From Tubiluchus corallicola (taxonomy: Eukaryota > Animalia > Priapulida), in the NCBI GenBank assembly GCA_030141605.1, contig JAQGDQ010000616.1, forward strand, positions 62,001 to 126,000: 64,000 nucleotides of DNA. The letters run 5' to 3'. The notes under the pieces were generated by a model, which did not search any database, was not told the origin of the DNA, and saw only the letters and a program-made list of their open reading frames with translations. Of this stretch, positions 1 to 14,200 are shown piece by piece. A program made the translations under genes and the position numbers. Numbering within the stretch: position 1 is the first letter of the stretch; each line of letters opens with the position of its first letter.

Positions 1-266
1 GTTTGTTTTCTACTAAATATTACAAGAAATCAGGTTATAAAAATACACAGTTAGGGAGGACAAAACAAAATAAAAACCAAATTAAGTAATCTACGTTTAT
101 GCTTAATGAAGCCACAACAAATAACAATGGTTGAGCTTAACATATTTAAGGCTGTAAGTATTTTTTGAACTATTGTTGAAAATTAGACACAACAAATAAC
201 CTACATCTAAAACGGGTATTGTTTTCCTTTAAATAATTCCCTAATCACGCAAGTGGAAGTACTAAC

Positions 267-2996
267 CATGGCCTTGATTCCCTCCGGATACATGAACCTA
301 TTGTACAGGGTGTCTACTGTGTCATCTGGACGAACATAGCACTCACGTTGCAAGAGTAAGGGCCCTGTGTCCAAACCATCGTCCGCCCAGAAAATTGAAA
401 ATCCAGCCTTTTTGTCACCTTCTATCAACGTCCTAAAAGTATGTGATGTGCTTTTAAGTAACTGAGATACTCATACAAAACTAATGACACTAATGACAAA
501 TACTCATACTCAGTTTCCAAGCAAGATCATTGCTAGTAAATCACTCTGTGCACAGACTAATGCATAATTTAGTAAAGTCCATGTAAAACAACTGAAGTTA
601 CTGAACTGATGCAGCAGATAGCTTTGCTTTACCCACATCACATAATGATTTAGCTAAAACGTGTTACTATGGTACACTTAACCTTTGACCTGCAATAACT
701 GTGAGTGCGCAAAACGAAACTATGAAAAGGTTTATTAAGTTAAATTAAAGAAAATGAAATTCTCAAAACTGTTTATTTCTTAAACATTTAGTCCAAGTAA
801 AAAAAGGTACAACATTCATATGTTCAAGTTCCAATCTGAACTTTTAGATTCTATTCCTCCTAAAAGTTGAACCTAGACATTTATTACTATATATGGCCAA
901 GAAGCCATATCATGCAGTTGTGTAAGGCTAAAAACGACTAGCCAAAATCAGGGCAGCACTCAAGAAACAAAAGTGAAGTATGCACACAATATTTAAATGG
1001 TTAAGAAACTACACTTACCAGTTAATAGCAGAAGCCCCTCTGTGTCGAGGTAAGATGGATGGATGGTAGATTATGCTCTGATGTTTGGGATGATAAATGG
1101 CTTCATTAGGAATAAACTGCGAACAGTACGGTAGCACATTGAGATCCGCGTCAACTGATTTGTACTGCTCCAATACATCCGGTAAAGCTACACCTTTCTT
1201 CCGCCATCGCTGAAACTTGTACACTTTGATTCCATCCTTTTCCGCCTCGCTAGCTATTATATTAGAAAAACACTCATTACTGAAACATTCATAAATTACC
1301 ACAGTACACAGAGATGTAGCAAGGCGGGGCGACAGTGGGCAATCTCCCCTGGGCGCAAGGGTCAAAGAGTGCAAAATTTGTCTAGAGTTCAATAATTGTT
1401 AATCATTACTAGTAATCCAACATTAATAAAAGCAATTACAACAAAATTATTTAGTCAGATATCAACGTTAGCTGAAGGCTAAGGTCGTTACTTACCGGCG
1501 TGTGTAGGGTGTCATGTGGCTTAGCAAATTTTCACTTTTGGGAGAAACAGTTTTTCTAATTACCGATTGTATAGTTGTGAAAACCTGTAGTGTTCTGCAT
1601 TTTTCATAATCTTTCCATGTTTTAATGCTGGAGCTGAATGTTTAAGGACTGGTTAGGGCAGCAAAGTTTTTTTTGCCCCTGGGTTCCATAAGCACTTGCT
1701 GAGATACCGATAGTACTGACTAATTTTACCTGATTCAAATCAATCTGCATATTATATTGAAAATGAAACACACATGAAACAAATGAAACATTTAAACTGT
1801 ATCAACTTTTTAACTTCAGAAGCATACAAAATTTTACGCAACACTTACGTTCTATGCGCTCGCTCTTATAAATAAAGAACAGCCATTTTAAGTGAATGTC
1901 AGTAACTGGATAACATTGATTGTAATCACGAAAACTGAGAATGACAAATATTTTTTACTTTTACACATTTGGCAAATAAAGCTTTGATAAAAAGAAACTG
2001 TACTGGAAGGGCAGTTCAGAGGTCGCATGCTTGCTTTCCATGCAGGAATTCAATTCCAGGAAAGGTTCAATTTCACCAGTGAGAATTGGGAAAAGTAAAA
2101 TATGATGCTGCTGGTTTGCCGTCGTATTAATAATAATAACCATTGTATAATTTCATACACTGTTCACAATATAAATTTAGGAAAACACCAGCAATTAATT
2201 GGCACAGAGTCTGCTAAATAACGAGTGAATGTAAAGAGACAATAGCTGAATCACTGGTCAACTTATATATTTGGGGCTATGAAGTTAGGCACCACTCGGC
2301 CTAGATAGTAAATGGATGTGCGACAGCTTTGAAAACTGGTTCAGTATGGTTTTGTCTACCATGCTGCACTACTACTCTCTTGGCAAAAGTATAAGAATGA
2401 AACATTTTAACGTTTCTAAGACGCCTATGCCAGTTCAGTGTGTAAGAGGATTATTTTTGATAATTAGCCAAGTTCCAGTTCTGCCACAACAATCAAGCTA
2501 TTAGTAAGCCTGCTTAAACAGCGTTACAAACTGCATAACAAAGCAAACAAAAGGTTGCATGTTGAACTGCATAAAAAAGGAAAGCAACATTAGTGGCCGG
2601 TAACAAAGTGACAGGAAAAACATCACAATTACTTTTGACTAAGGCTAAGGTTCATTTTTTCTGTGTGACATTTTTACCTGGATTCCATTTATTTACTATT
2701 TCTCAAACAAACAACAAAACACACGTAAGCTATGTACCAAGTCCTAATTCGAGTACAACAATGACAGATACAGCACATATCTGCAGTTAGCCAAAGGTCA
2801 ATTGGTCATGGAATCCAGAAAGTCAAAAACCCGTCCAATCCAACATATACTTGCCCAGTGCATCTGGTCGGCCCGCAACATCGGGAATGGTAAAAACTCC
2901 AGCTACCTTGTGACCTTCTTTTAGCAAGCCACGATACACCTGTACTGCAAATGGACTTTGCCCAATTATCGCAACCCGTAGCTTGTCATAATAACT
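267..2996 (-). CDS. ALDH1L2: 10-formyltetrahydrofolate dehydrogenase (ALDH1L family, probably mitochondrial ALDH1L2-like), 5' exons; gene continues off the left edge
   Basis: Exons 2996-2855, 1253-1019 and 432-267 splice in phase to [16 protein letters not shown]...[11 protein letters not shown]...[42 protein letters not shown], a formyltransferase/hydrolase domain with HPSxLP and DxGLDTG motifs. There is no Met at the cytosolic-type start position, so an upstream exon (not located) is needed. L1 vs L2 assignment is inference. Confidence 0.9.
551..722 (+). repeat. Dispersed repeat, unclassified; second copy 53940-54113
   Basis: CACAGACYAATGCATA...CTGAAGTTACTGAACTGATGCAGCAGATRGCTTTGCTTTA...CACTTAACCTTT is shared between the two loci. 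Confidence 0.8.
1309..1709. mobile_element. Non-autonomous hAT-like MITE (old)
   Basis: Degenerate TIRs CAGAGATGTAGCAAG / CTTGCTGAGATACCG, subterminal CCCCTGGG motifs, 8-bp flanks ACAGTACA/ATAGTACT. Confidence 0.55.
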
Positions 2997-5084
2997 CTGT
3001 AAGTAACAAGAAAGTTCATACAATTTTCCTATCACATTTGCGGGATGGTCAGCAAATTTATACATAAAGTGTAAGTAAAACTCAAAGGTCTACAAGGCTA
3101 GACGATGACGGAATGTAGTGTCCTAATTGTCTAGGGCACCTGCAAAGTCAGCAGAATGTACCCGGTTCAAGCTCAAGCTGCATTCCAACTTTTTGACATT
3201 TCCTCCTTCTCAAGTTTGGTATCAAAATTTAATTAGTGGTGGGTTTCTAATATCAAGACAAGACGAGATGCAACTCCATAATGATAAAGCTAACATTTTA
3301 TAAGTCTACCTAGAAACCAAATAAGGCCTATCATTGATTCTATAATTTACTCTATGAATGTTCATCCACTGCAGTCAACCACCTAGATTCTAGTAAGCAG
3401 GGACCATCTACATGCGATTATACCAAATGAAAGTTTTTTACACCTGCAAAGCACCTCAATAGTCGTGGTAAACACCACCTTGTAGGGTATTAGTCCTAGT
3501 GTGAACTTTGCTAACTAATTTTTCCTATTAAAGTGGCACTCGCAATAATATTTTGAAAATATGAGATGTGGCAAGACGCCAAACTTTCAAACTAGAATTT
3601 ACCAGTTGCGGGCAAATAATACCGGTTCTTTATGCACTATAAATTACTATAACTTAATTATCTTATCTCTTGTGTACCGAACTACTTATAGTACGAGTAC
3701 TATCATTCTTAAAAAATGTTACTTACATATTTTAACATACACTACAAGATATATCCTACCACAGCTTTTTGCATAAAGCTTTATCTTGACACTGCCTATT
3801 TGCCAGGTCACGCTGGGTATTTTCATAAGGTATTTCAAATATGAGGATGTGTGCATTTAGTTAGAGCCGACTCAGCCAATATGTAGTTTACAGATAGCAG
3901 TACCTTATAAGTAACTTAAAGCAAGTAAATAAATGAAATCGTGTTAGGTAAACAAATTCAATGACTGGTCCCGAGCAGCCTAAGCCATTACAGCTACTCA
4001 GTGTTAAATTCCAAGACAAAGCCTTCTAATTGAAAAGCAATTCACTTTATAACTAATCACGCTGAACTAACAGTGATAAACTGTCACACAAATGACACAA
4101 CTGACAGTGCCAGAATAACTGTCATTAGTCACCTATTAGAAATGACTCGGTTAATCAGCTTAAGATGCTACAAGTTAAGAGAGTCATATACCTATAAGTG
4201 ATATAATGTGTGTAAATACCTTTGCAAAATGTGCATAATCAACAGTAATCAATTTAATGCTACGCCTTTGAAGTCCTCCATTGAGTGGAGGAAAATTAAG
4301 ATAAGTTTTCCAGGCAACTGCAATTTCAGTTCCTGGACTGTGCTTTCTCAAATTTTCCTCTAAATATTAAGATTTCTTCTGGGATAATGAGCAAGAAAAT
4401 ATGGGCATACTATGATATACGTACGAGTAATAACACAAATTTAACTGTTCACTGCAGTTATAGTTAGTACAATTAAAATAATTACTTTAGTGCATAAACC
4501 TTATTTAAGATGCAATGTGGAAAATGAATAAACTCTTGACTCTTGAAGCTTTCAGCCACAGTAACCTGTATGCAATAATATTGAAACATGCTGCTGAATA
4601 AAATAACATTTCAATCTTTGACTCTAAAACTGGAAATTAACAAATAAAATAACAGAGAAAGAACTACGTGAAACGACTCGGAGGAGAATACAGTTGCAAA
4701 TTCTGAGAATCGTATCAGGAATTCACTGTCGGAGAATGTGCTAGATGCTCCGTGATTAACAGGATTTAAAAGTACGTTGGATTATGAATGGGGCAACAGG
4801 TAGTATGATCTTGCTATGTAACACAACATATATTGAGTAAGAATTGTGTATGCTCACGGCAGTTGTACAACCTACAGTACGGGACTACCCTTTCAACCTG
4901 AAGTTTCATTAGATCACTTTGAACTTAAATTTAAAACAAAAATCAAACCTGTGAAGTCGAAAACCGCCTAATTAAAACTGAGGCTCGAAACATAATTTCG
5001 CTTAGAAAATAGAAATAACAGAAAATAAACGCACAGAATTATCTTTATAAATATAACTAAAACAGCAGAAATTTAACACCACAA

Positions 5085-5226
5085 TACACCGGCCACGCGA
5101 TAGGCGTTTCGGTGCTGCCATCTAACGACTATTTTTAAAACTGAGATTTGTTGTAGCAACAAGAACAAGGTACAGCTTGGAACAGCTTAGTTGGGGCGGT
5201 TCCAAAAATAAAATCGTGATTTTGGA
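5085..5226. promoter_or_regulatory. Candidate shared promoter between head-to-head ALDH1L and EFCAB10
   Basis: Local CpG enrichment, GC box GGGGCGG at ~5193, X-box half-site TAGCAAC at 5154-5160. The two genes diverge from here. Confidence 0.35.
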
Positions 5227-8200
5227 ATGGCACAACGTTTACAAGAGGAAGCAGCAGCATATTTACAGAAACATAAAATTTATGAACTGCTTGGAAACTT
5301 AACAGCACAGCTCATATTCACAAAGCCCGGTAAGTGTTACAAACAAGTTAGTAGCACTGATTAATTACTATGAGTGCAGAACTACTGTTATTTGAAATTA
5401 ATGGGTATCACTAGAGAATGTAATATCCGCCATGTGAAACATTGCGGATATTACATTCTTTTGTATCACTTGTCTTCTTGGATAATTTAAAGAAGGTAGT
5501 TTTAGTTTATTTAAGAGTTTATTGTAATTTAGATTACACATCTGCACACAAAAATACACAGTTACAGAAGCTTGAACTATTGAAATAAAATTAATCATTA
5601 ATTAATTGAGACAGAGCGTAATAATTTTTAAATGAAAATTTGAGGTAATGCACTTTTAAAAAAATAATCACCAGACAGTGAATTCTATAGACATTAGTCC
5701 ATGTTTAATGATAAGCTTTGGAACAAAGAATTCTTATTCAGGGCTTACAGTTTTATACTTGCTGCATTGCTTGTGTAGGTTACCTAAAAATTACCCCTAT
5801 GCTAATCTTACCTAAAGAGCTCTTAAGTGCATGAACTGGGACCATCTGTGTTTTTCTCCTTGTATTTCAAACATTTTGGCAAAAGCTACTGAGCCCATGC
5901 AAACCAAATGTAACTAATACATTACATTATATTCATCTTTTATCAACAGGTAGTGTCACTAAAATAAAGTTGCAATATTAAACCTCTTTGTAACTCCTAG
6001 ACTTTGCAAGCCATTTCTTAAAACTTTAAAATTAAAATTTTATTACAGCAAACTGAAATGTGTCAAATGAATTGTAGATTATTTCAGTGATATGAACTGA
6101 ATGAATAGCAGGCAGATTCTGCACATCTATATGTTTAGCATTTAGAGGAGATTCATAATGGGATTAAGTGCAGACAAGCTGTCTAGAGTCTATAGACAGT
6201 TTGCTGAAATAAAAACCTGTTTACTGAATCCTAAAGTATATGTAGCAGTGGCGGCTCGTAGTTAAAATTAGTGGGGTGCTGTTCAAAGATTTTTTGCCAT
6301 TATTTCAATACTGTGTAAAATGAAACAAACATATAAAAAAGAAAATTTATACATAAATTTGATAAAATCCATATCAAAAAATATTTTTTACTTACTAATA
6401 TCCTAAATTGTTACAGGTCAACATAAAATTGATCCATTCATTTAAAAACATAATCCATCCTTCTTGTTTTACTTTGCACAAAAAGATTAATAATTTTCTC
6501 CTTGATCAACACTGTGTTAACGACAGTGCTTTCTCTGGTTAGCGTGCAGCATCTTGTGCACATAACAGCCAAATGCCACGATGCTGTGAAATGCACAGTT
6601 CCGTCACCTACTCTGGTTCCATACAAGGATTAACAAGTACGTACAAGTATAAAGAAAGAATTAAAGAAAAAATACTCATTATATTGAGTGATATTGAGCG
6701 GTAATATCGAGTAAAAATAGGGGGTGCTGCAGTTCCACTATGCTTATAAAATGAGCCGTAACTGATACTTAGAAAGCCTAACATACGTTGTAAGTGAGAT
6801 TTATCTGTCCAGTATAATTATTACTCATCGTACTCATCGATTCCGTTACAAAACAAATAATTTTGTAAAGTCTCTAATTTTTTATATTGCCAAATCCATT
6901 ACACAAATTAGCTGCTGCTGCATCAACTACATGACTTATATCAAAACAAAACATGGTAATTAAGATTTCATGAGACATCTCCCAAAAAAAGTACATTTAA
7001 CTAAAGTTCTGCTTCAGCAGTATAGCATGACACTTGAAGTCTTGGCACGTTGCTAGCAGTCATATCATATCAAAGTTTCTTCACTTCGAATATACTCCCC
7101 GATATCAGCCTGGTGAAATGCCACGATAGCCATGGGATTAGCACGCCTACAATCTGCAGTTGATTTCGCAAGAACACCAAAGCCTAATGGCAAATCGCTC
7201 ATCGAATACACCACAACCCCCTGGTACTGAGGCGTATTCTCGGTAATACGTCCGAGGCCAGATTTCATCACATGATTGCCGTACAAAAACTGCTGTTCTG
7301 CACTAGGTTTCAGCCAAATTTTGTACTTGGCATACGGTGCCAAATAATCGAGCGCAGTAATGTGTAGACGGAATCTCTTTGTCTTTGTAAACTTTCCAAA
7401 ACATGTTCCGAAACTCATGAGGTTGTCATGACTAATATTTCCAGCTCGAAGCATTAAAGCCTCGCTTACATAATAAATGCGATCAGCATGAAGACGGAAG
7501 CAGTATGTGCCATCTGACCGATCTATAAGCAGCTTAATGTTTTCTCCAATGTATTTAGAAAGTTTTTCAAAAAATGTTCTTGTCTCATCTTCCGTGAGGG
7601 GACGCATTTTTCAATGTACGCAATTTCGCATCAAAATACAAAATATGTATACTTTGAAATGCAAGTGCTGAACACAACCTCAAATTCTGAACGAGTCACA
7701 CAGGTGTCCACAATTATTTCATGGGATGGCAATCTCATACCACATCATTAATTTTCCTCCATTGTTGGTCAGTGTACCTGTAGCCCATTACTGTGTAATG
7801 CAACCCAATATTTTGTAAAGTAGTTAACTTCTTCATTAGCTACATTATCATGTAGTTGTAATCGAATCTTGAGATACTAGAATGACAGGAGACCAGAAGA
7901 AACCTGCAAAAAAGAAATTTAATTCTTACAGTACAATGAATGCTCTGTGCTGTAGACTAGTCTAGACTGGTATTTCTAGAAGCTTGAATGTAACTTACAG
8001 GTGATAAAAATTCCAAAATAAGCAAATAACTTCAAGCAATTTTTTCCACTAGGCCTACACTACAGTTGTCATAGCCAAATAAATAAAATAAATGAGACAA
8101 TATGCGAAAATGTAGAGAAGGTAAACGATACGGGTCAGCACTGTAAGCTCAGGGTATGGGTCAGCATTGTAAGCACAGGGTATGGGCTAGCACTGTAAGC

Positions 8201-11200
8201 ACAGGGCATCAGGCCAGCATTTTAAGCTTGTAGACTCATCGTATGGGCAGCACTGTAAGCTCAGGGTATGGGACAGTACTGTAAGCTCAGGGTATGGGTC
8301 AGCACTATAAGCTCAGGGTATGGGCCAGCACTGTAAGGTCAGGGTATGGGCCAGCACTGTAAGCTCAGGGTATGGGCCAGCGCGGTAAGCTCAAGGTATG
8401 GGCCAGCACTGTAAGCTCTCCAACTGAATCTCCAAGTACATCAAATATGGCATTTTTTGCATTCTGAAAAGCTTTTGAAAAATCATGATACACTCCAATG
8501 ATCGAGTGCACTTAAAAAGTTAGTTAAACATGCGCGGTCAAGCATAAATCCATGTTGGTGACACAACAGTAAATCATTATGCTTGAGATGTTCCATTATT
8601 GCATGCTGGACTGTTTTCTACCTACACATATAACTTCGTGCACTGTAAGCTCAGGGTATGGGCTAGCACGGTAAGCTCAGGGTATGGGTCAGCATTGTAA
8701 GCACAGGGTATGGGCTAGCACTGTAAGCACAGGGCATCAGGCCAGCATTTTAAGCTTGTAGACTCATCGTATGGGCAGCACTGTAAGCTCAGGGTATGGG
8801 ACAGTACTGTAAACTCAGGGTAGGGGTCAGCACTATAAGCTCAGGGTATGGGCAAGCACTGTAAGGTCAGGGTATGGGCCAGCACTGTAAGCTCTCCAAC
8901 TGAATCTGCAAGTACATCAAATATGGCATTTTCTGCATTCTGAAAAGCTTTTGAAAAATCATGATACACTCTAATGATCGAGTGCACTTAAAAAGTTAGT
9001 TAAACATGCGCGGTCACGCATAAATCCATGTTGGTGACACAACAGTAAATCATTATGCTTGAGATGTTCCATTATTACATGCTGGACTGTTTTCTACCTA
9101 CACATATAACTTCGTGCAACTTCCTACACAAACTTCGTTAGTTTTACTTGTAAAGATATTGCAATTTTTACCACGCGACACTTTCTAGCAACAGTAGGCT
9201 ACCATGCACGTTCTTTCTGTGAGAAATCTGGTAGGTATAGACGCACTTTGATTCATAAATTTTAAGAGTTTCGTAAAGCTTTCTCTTATTGATTTCCAGC
9301 GTGTGGCGTTAACGTTATGTTCTGTTAAAACTATGTTACTGTAAATCAACTCAAAGGTAAAAATGGTAACTACTTTCAGTTATTCCTTCCCTGCGATTCA
9401 CTGCTCCAGGCTCCACTTCATCTTTTCCAAAGTGAGCACAACCTATATTGTAATTGTAATTTATTGTCAACTTCAGTATTATCACATTGTAACTATATAT
9501 CAAATCAATTACATGTATTACATTTCAAATCAATGTAATTACAATAATTATAAAAGAGCTATATTACTATAATTACTAACTACATAATAGTTTATCAACA
9601 GGAAAAATATACTGCATGATGATCAAGAAGCAAGGCTTGTAAGACTACTAATGAAAAGTGGAGAAAAAACTGCTTAACAAGAAAAAATAGAAAAACAGAG
9701 AATAGTTAAGATAAAATAATAGAGAAAAAGAGTAGAGAAATGAAATAGAAAGGAGTTCAGCAGAGACGTGATGCAAACGTATGAAAATATAAACTGTAAT
9801 GCAACTAGTCGCGTGATGTACTGTAACTATCGCACTTCACGGCAAAACCCAAAAAATGCATTGTAAGTAAGATTTGAGCAGAAGAGATTTCATATATCTC
9901 TTAAAGCCATATAATCTTCGATGTGTTGCCTTGATACGATAGCCTTGACTTCAAGTATTTTGAATGCAAATTATGGATAGAGCTTGAAAACTCAGACATT
10001 TACTTGTCGCAGGCTTGTGGCTGTAATACTGAGTCTGTGTTATTGTTTTATGGACGTCATACACTCGCACTTGCTGGACTTCCCTTACACGACACTGTCT
10101 TGCCTTGCCGTGTAAACGTGGTGCATACTGCCTTGACATGCTATCTAGCACAATGTGCTGCCTTGTGATATGTCGCCTCCCCGTACATGGCACTAGAGAA
10201 CAGGGCAATGCAGTACATAGAAAAGGGTACAATATGAAGCCCAAACCGTCGAATTGAAGTAAGCCGGTATTGAAATAAAAAGGCGGTTTGCTGGAATGTC
10301 GAGTAAGCCTGAACATCCTACGTAATATGTGATTTTAAAGATGGAACTTGGAGATTGTCTAATAACGTAGGTCTAATGCAAAAGATTTGAAACCAAGTCA
10401 CTTTGTAAGGTGCTACTGCACTATGAATCCTATGAAATTTGTGAATATTGTGCACCTACAAGTTGAAGTTAACAACACTATAGCTAATGCTATTGCAATA
10501 AGTGTATTTTCCTCTTTATTCACTCTTTGGCATCTCCTACACTGAAGTGGACAAGTGAAAATGACTCTAGATGCATAGCTAGGGTAATCATATTCTGAGC
10601 AAGACAGCAGCCTATTTTAGACAAACTTAAACCTTGAACAAGATATACTAAAAGTAGTTTTAATAATTTTTCTCTCGAGCAAAACTTTACAACGGATTTT
10701 CGACATTGCAACTAGTAAACGAAAGCTGTAAACATTCATCAATCCAACCTCATTCCAAAATATACATACGGGGTGAAAACTGCTGACAATTTTCTCCATG
10801 AAATGCCAGAATGTCCCACAGTGCCAGCACTACCCATACGCGGGTTTTCAGCTGTCATGGCAATTTTACATCCCAGCCTAACCTCTGGAGGTACGAGATA
10901 ATTAATTTGTCAATTTTGTGTGGAGGCAGCTCCATTACAGCTGCACCCTCAGAAGCCATGCAAGAACTTTGTCTTGTGAGCTAAGAGTCTGGAAAAGTGC
11001 TGACAGTGAAAAATATATTTAAGCTTTCCAGTGATATCCCGGGTCAAACCTCGAGCAAAGCCTATATCTTGACGGCTCAGACATCTCCCATAATAACGCA
11101 TTTCTTATGCTTCTGATACCTATGAACTATTTTACTGTTATTTTGGTGTTTTTGTTGACTGTATTATGGTTTTAAATTCACGAAGTGACACATATTAATA

Positions 11201-14200
11201 TAACAAAATCGCCATTATCACAAAGCATCATCATTAGACCTCTCTTTGTCAATTCGCTCACTGTCACTTTAGCATTTATATTGAATATTTATAATTTTAA
11301 TTTCAAGATTAATTATTTAGATTAGTTAACTTAGATTTAATGAATGTTTTAAGTAAAACTTGACCAAAAAGCAGGAAATGTGTGAAAAAGTTGGGACTGA
11401 GCCCTGGTGTTGAACCATAGATTTTTGGATTACAGATCCAGTGGCCATACAAGGAACTGTGTATCGCAGTAGTCTTGACATGAGTTTGGACCCTTGTTCG
11501 GTGTTAGGCTCAGACTCAACTTTTTGACGTTTCCCACTTTTCCGTCAAATTTATTTAGATAATTCTCCTTGCCATTTAGCTTTGGTCTTGTTTGAGTAGT
11601 GAAGAGCTCAAAATGACTCAGAAAACCCCGACACAAGTGGAATTCACTCCCTGTGATCCTCAAAATCGGTAGCCATGTGTGATAAGCACTCTGTCACAGT
11701 ATAATACCAGGCCAGTAAACAGATTTTCACAATTCAGAAATGTACTGGACTTGCCCATCATCCTCTTCTACTATTTGTCCTCCATGTTTTATTCTCTAAT
11801 GCAATTTAATAATGCGACTGCCGAAGCAAACTGGAAACAAAAACACTTCATTTCAGGTTTTTGTATAACATTTTGGTTGCTTAATTTATTTATTTTATCT
11901 TTATTTCAGTTTTTACTACTGTAATGTACACACTCAAACCAGAACTGCATTTCCATAGCTAAGTTGTCTATTCGAGAAAAATACAAATTTGCTCTAGTCT
12001 ACAAAATTATTACGTAATTATACTGTTTGGCAACAACTACTATTCCTGCAGAACTAATGAAATACGTGCTAGAAAAATACATTTTACAGAGTACTACACT
12101 AGATTAGAAAGCTAGAATGCATACGTACATTGTTGGTTCAGTTCACAAGGTCAGCAAAAATAGCCAGCTGCTGCCTAATCACAGCCTAAATTTTAAACAT
12201 AACGGAAACATGCGCACATAAGTTTTGCTTGTACAATGTAAGAGTAGAAAAGTAGTCTAGCTCGTAATACTACAATCTAACATATTGTGGTTTCCAATGC
12301 ATATGCTACCTTGGGAACAGGTAATGGAGCAAAACATTTGTACCTGCAACATCTACTGTTAAATTAAAGAAAATGATACTAAAAATAAAATAAAATTACC
12401 AATAGTCAAAATGTCAGTAGAGTAAATCATGTTGCGCAATAGCTACCAGTGCCAGACAAAATTTTTAACAAAATTGCATTATTGCTAGCTCTGCAGTTTC
12501 CCTGAGCATGTGTGAGATTGACTTGATAGTGGATTGATAGGCTCTTCAATGGTAAGCACAGTAAGCTTATTTGCATTTTAATTAAATCCGACTTTGTTCT
12601 AACAGAGCACAACAAAGAGGCTCATTTGTTTAGATTTTCTAAATAGGCATGACCAATTTGTCCATCTTATTTTTTTAAGAATGTGCCTAAACATACTGCG
12701 TCTTTTCGTATGTAAGGAGGCCTCTCTGAAAAGTGCTTGTGCTTAAGCTCAGCAACTAGAGAATCTGATAGTAAATGAGGTGCAGTTTTAATATGTCTGT
12801 AAGACAGTGCAAGTGTTATGAAAGTCAGAATAAGAGTATGACAATAACATCAACAATAATTATTGTTGGTCTACATAGCTTTATTATATTTTGTTAATTT
12901 GAGATAACTTGGAAAACCATTCGTACACATAATTGAGTATTCATTGTGTGTACTTACCTTTGAAGTAAGCAATGCTGAGCCTGGCTATCGCATTCACAGG
13001 TGATCGTCAGAAGTACTTTGTTCATATCTAGGTGTTTCGTCTGCTGCATTGCCCCTGCAGGTCATTGCAGGAGTATGTAAGCAAATCTGAAAGTGCCTAC
13101 CTCTGCAGGGTTTAACTCAGATTAAACTCAGAAGATTATTTTAGAAAATGAGCTACATTCTGGTTCTACCATCGGCATTAGCAGGCGTGGATCGAATGCT
13201 GGATTCTAGCCTATTAGTGTGGGGGACTGCATTAAAATTTATTTAAATAATACAGTCACACTACTTGTTTGACTTGTATTGGTAGAGACTGAAGAAGTTG
13301 CTAATCACTATGAGTTAAGTGAAATATAGGGGCCATATTTGTATGCATTATAGCACATCAAGACTTGTACATCAAGCAGTTTGTTGTGCATTACTAATTG
13401 TTTGTCTCTTCTGATTGAGTGGTAAGCTTCACTAACTAAGTGACTAACTAACCAACTGATATTGCACAGTACAAAATTCTTAACTGGTTTTACTGCCTCA
13501 AAATATCGAAATTGATTGAATTGTTATGCAACTACGCATGCAGCCAGGGCTTCTGCATATTTTTTGTTCATTGAATTTTAGTGATTGTCACCAATCAGGT
13601 TGCACCAGGCATTGCCAACTTTCTCCCAAAATTGCTGTTATCAAAAATAAGAGTTTCAACTTACAGGTTACTACCTTCTAGGCAGTGGCGCTTGGCCTCG
13701 GCTTAGCGTAACCCGAATATAAAAGGCTTTAATGACTGTAATAGCTGTAAGGAAAGCAGACAACCGAGTGGATTCATTTTAGCTCTCGTTTACCAGATAA
13801 TGCAAGATCCGCCAGGGTCTTATTTACAACGATGACGTCGAAATATGTGAGCATGCGCATTACTTGCAGCAGCGAGATCACTGCAAGTGTAGTCAGGTAC
13901 TGTAGCTTTGATTTTGCAAAGGTGATGAAAATGGATCGTTTCAGCGATGTAAAGGAGAAAATATTCGCTATTTTGAATGAACACCAATTCATTGTATATA
14001 GTGTGTCCGTTTTTACCACAGTAATCTCAATTGCGGCTGCATGTTTGTATACTATAGCCCGTCAAAAAACCGCCAGAGCTTTGGCTACAGTAAACAGCAG
14101 AATGCATTGTGAAAATAAGGACGACGCCGCGGTTACCAAGTCAACAACACCTACAGAGGCTGAAATTTCGCAAGAAGAAATAGAAAATTGTAAAAATGTG

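Noticed and set aside
10200-11100. Possible decayed hAT transposase on the minus strand (MASEGAAVM resembles xSDGAxVM)
   Set aside because: One short motif among many stops. Cannot be supported without a profile search.
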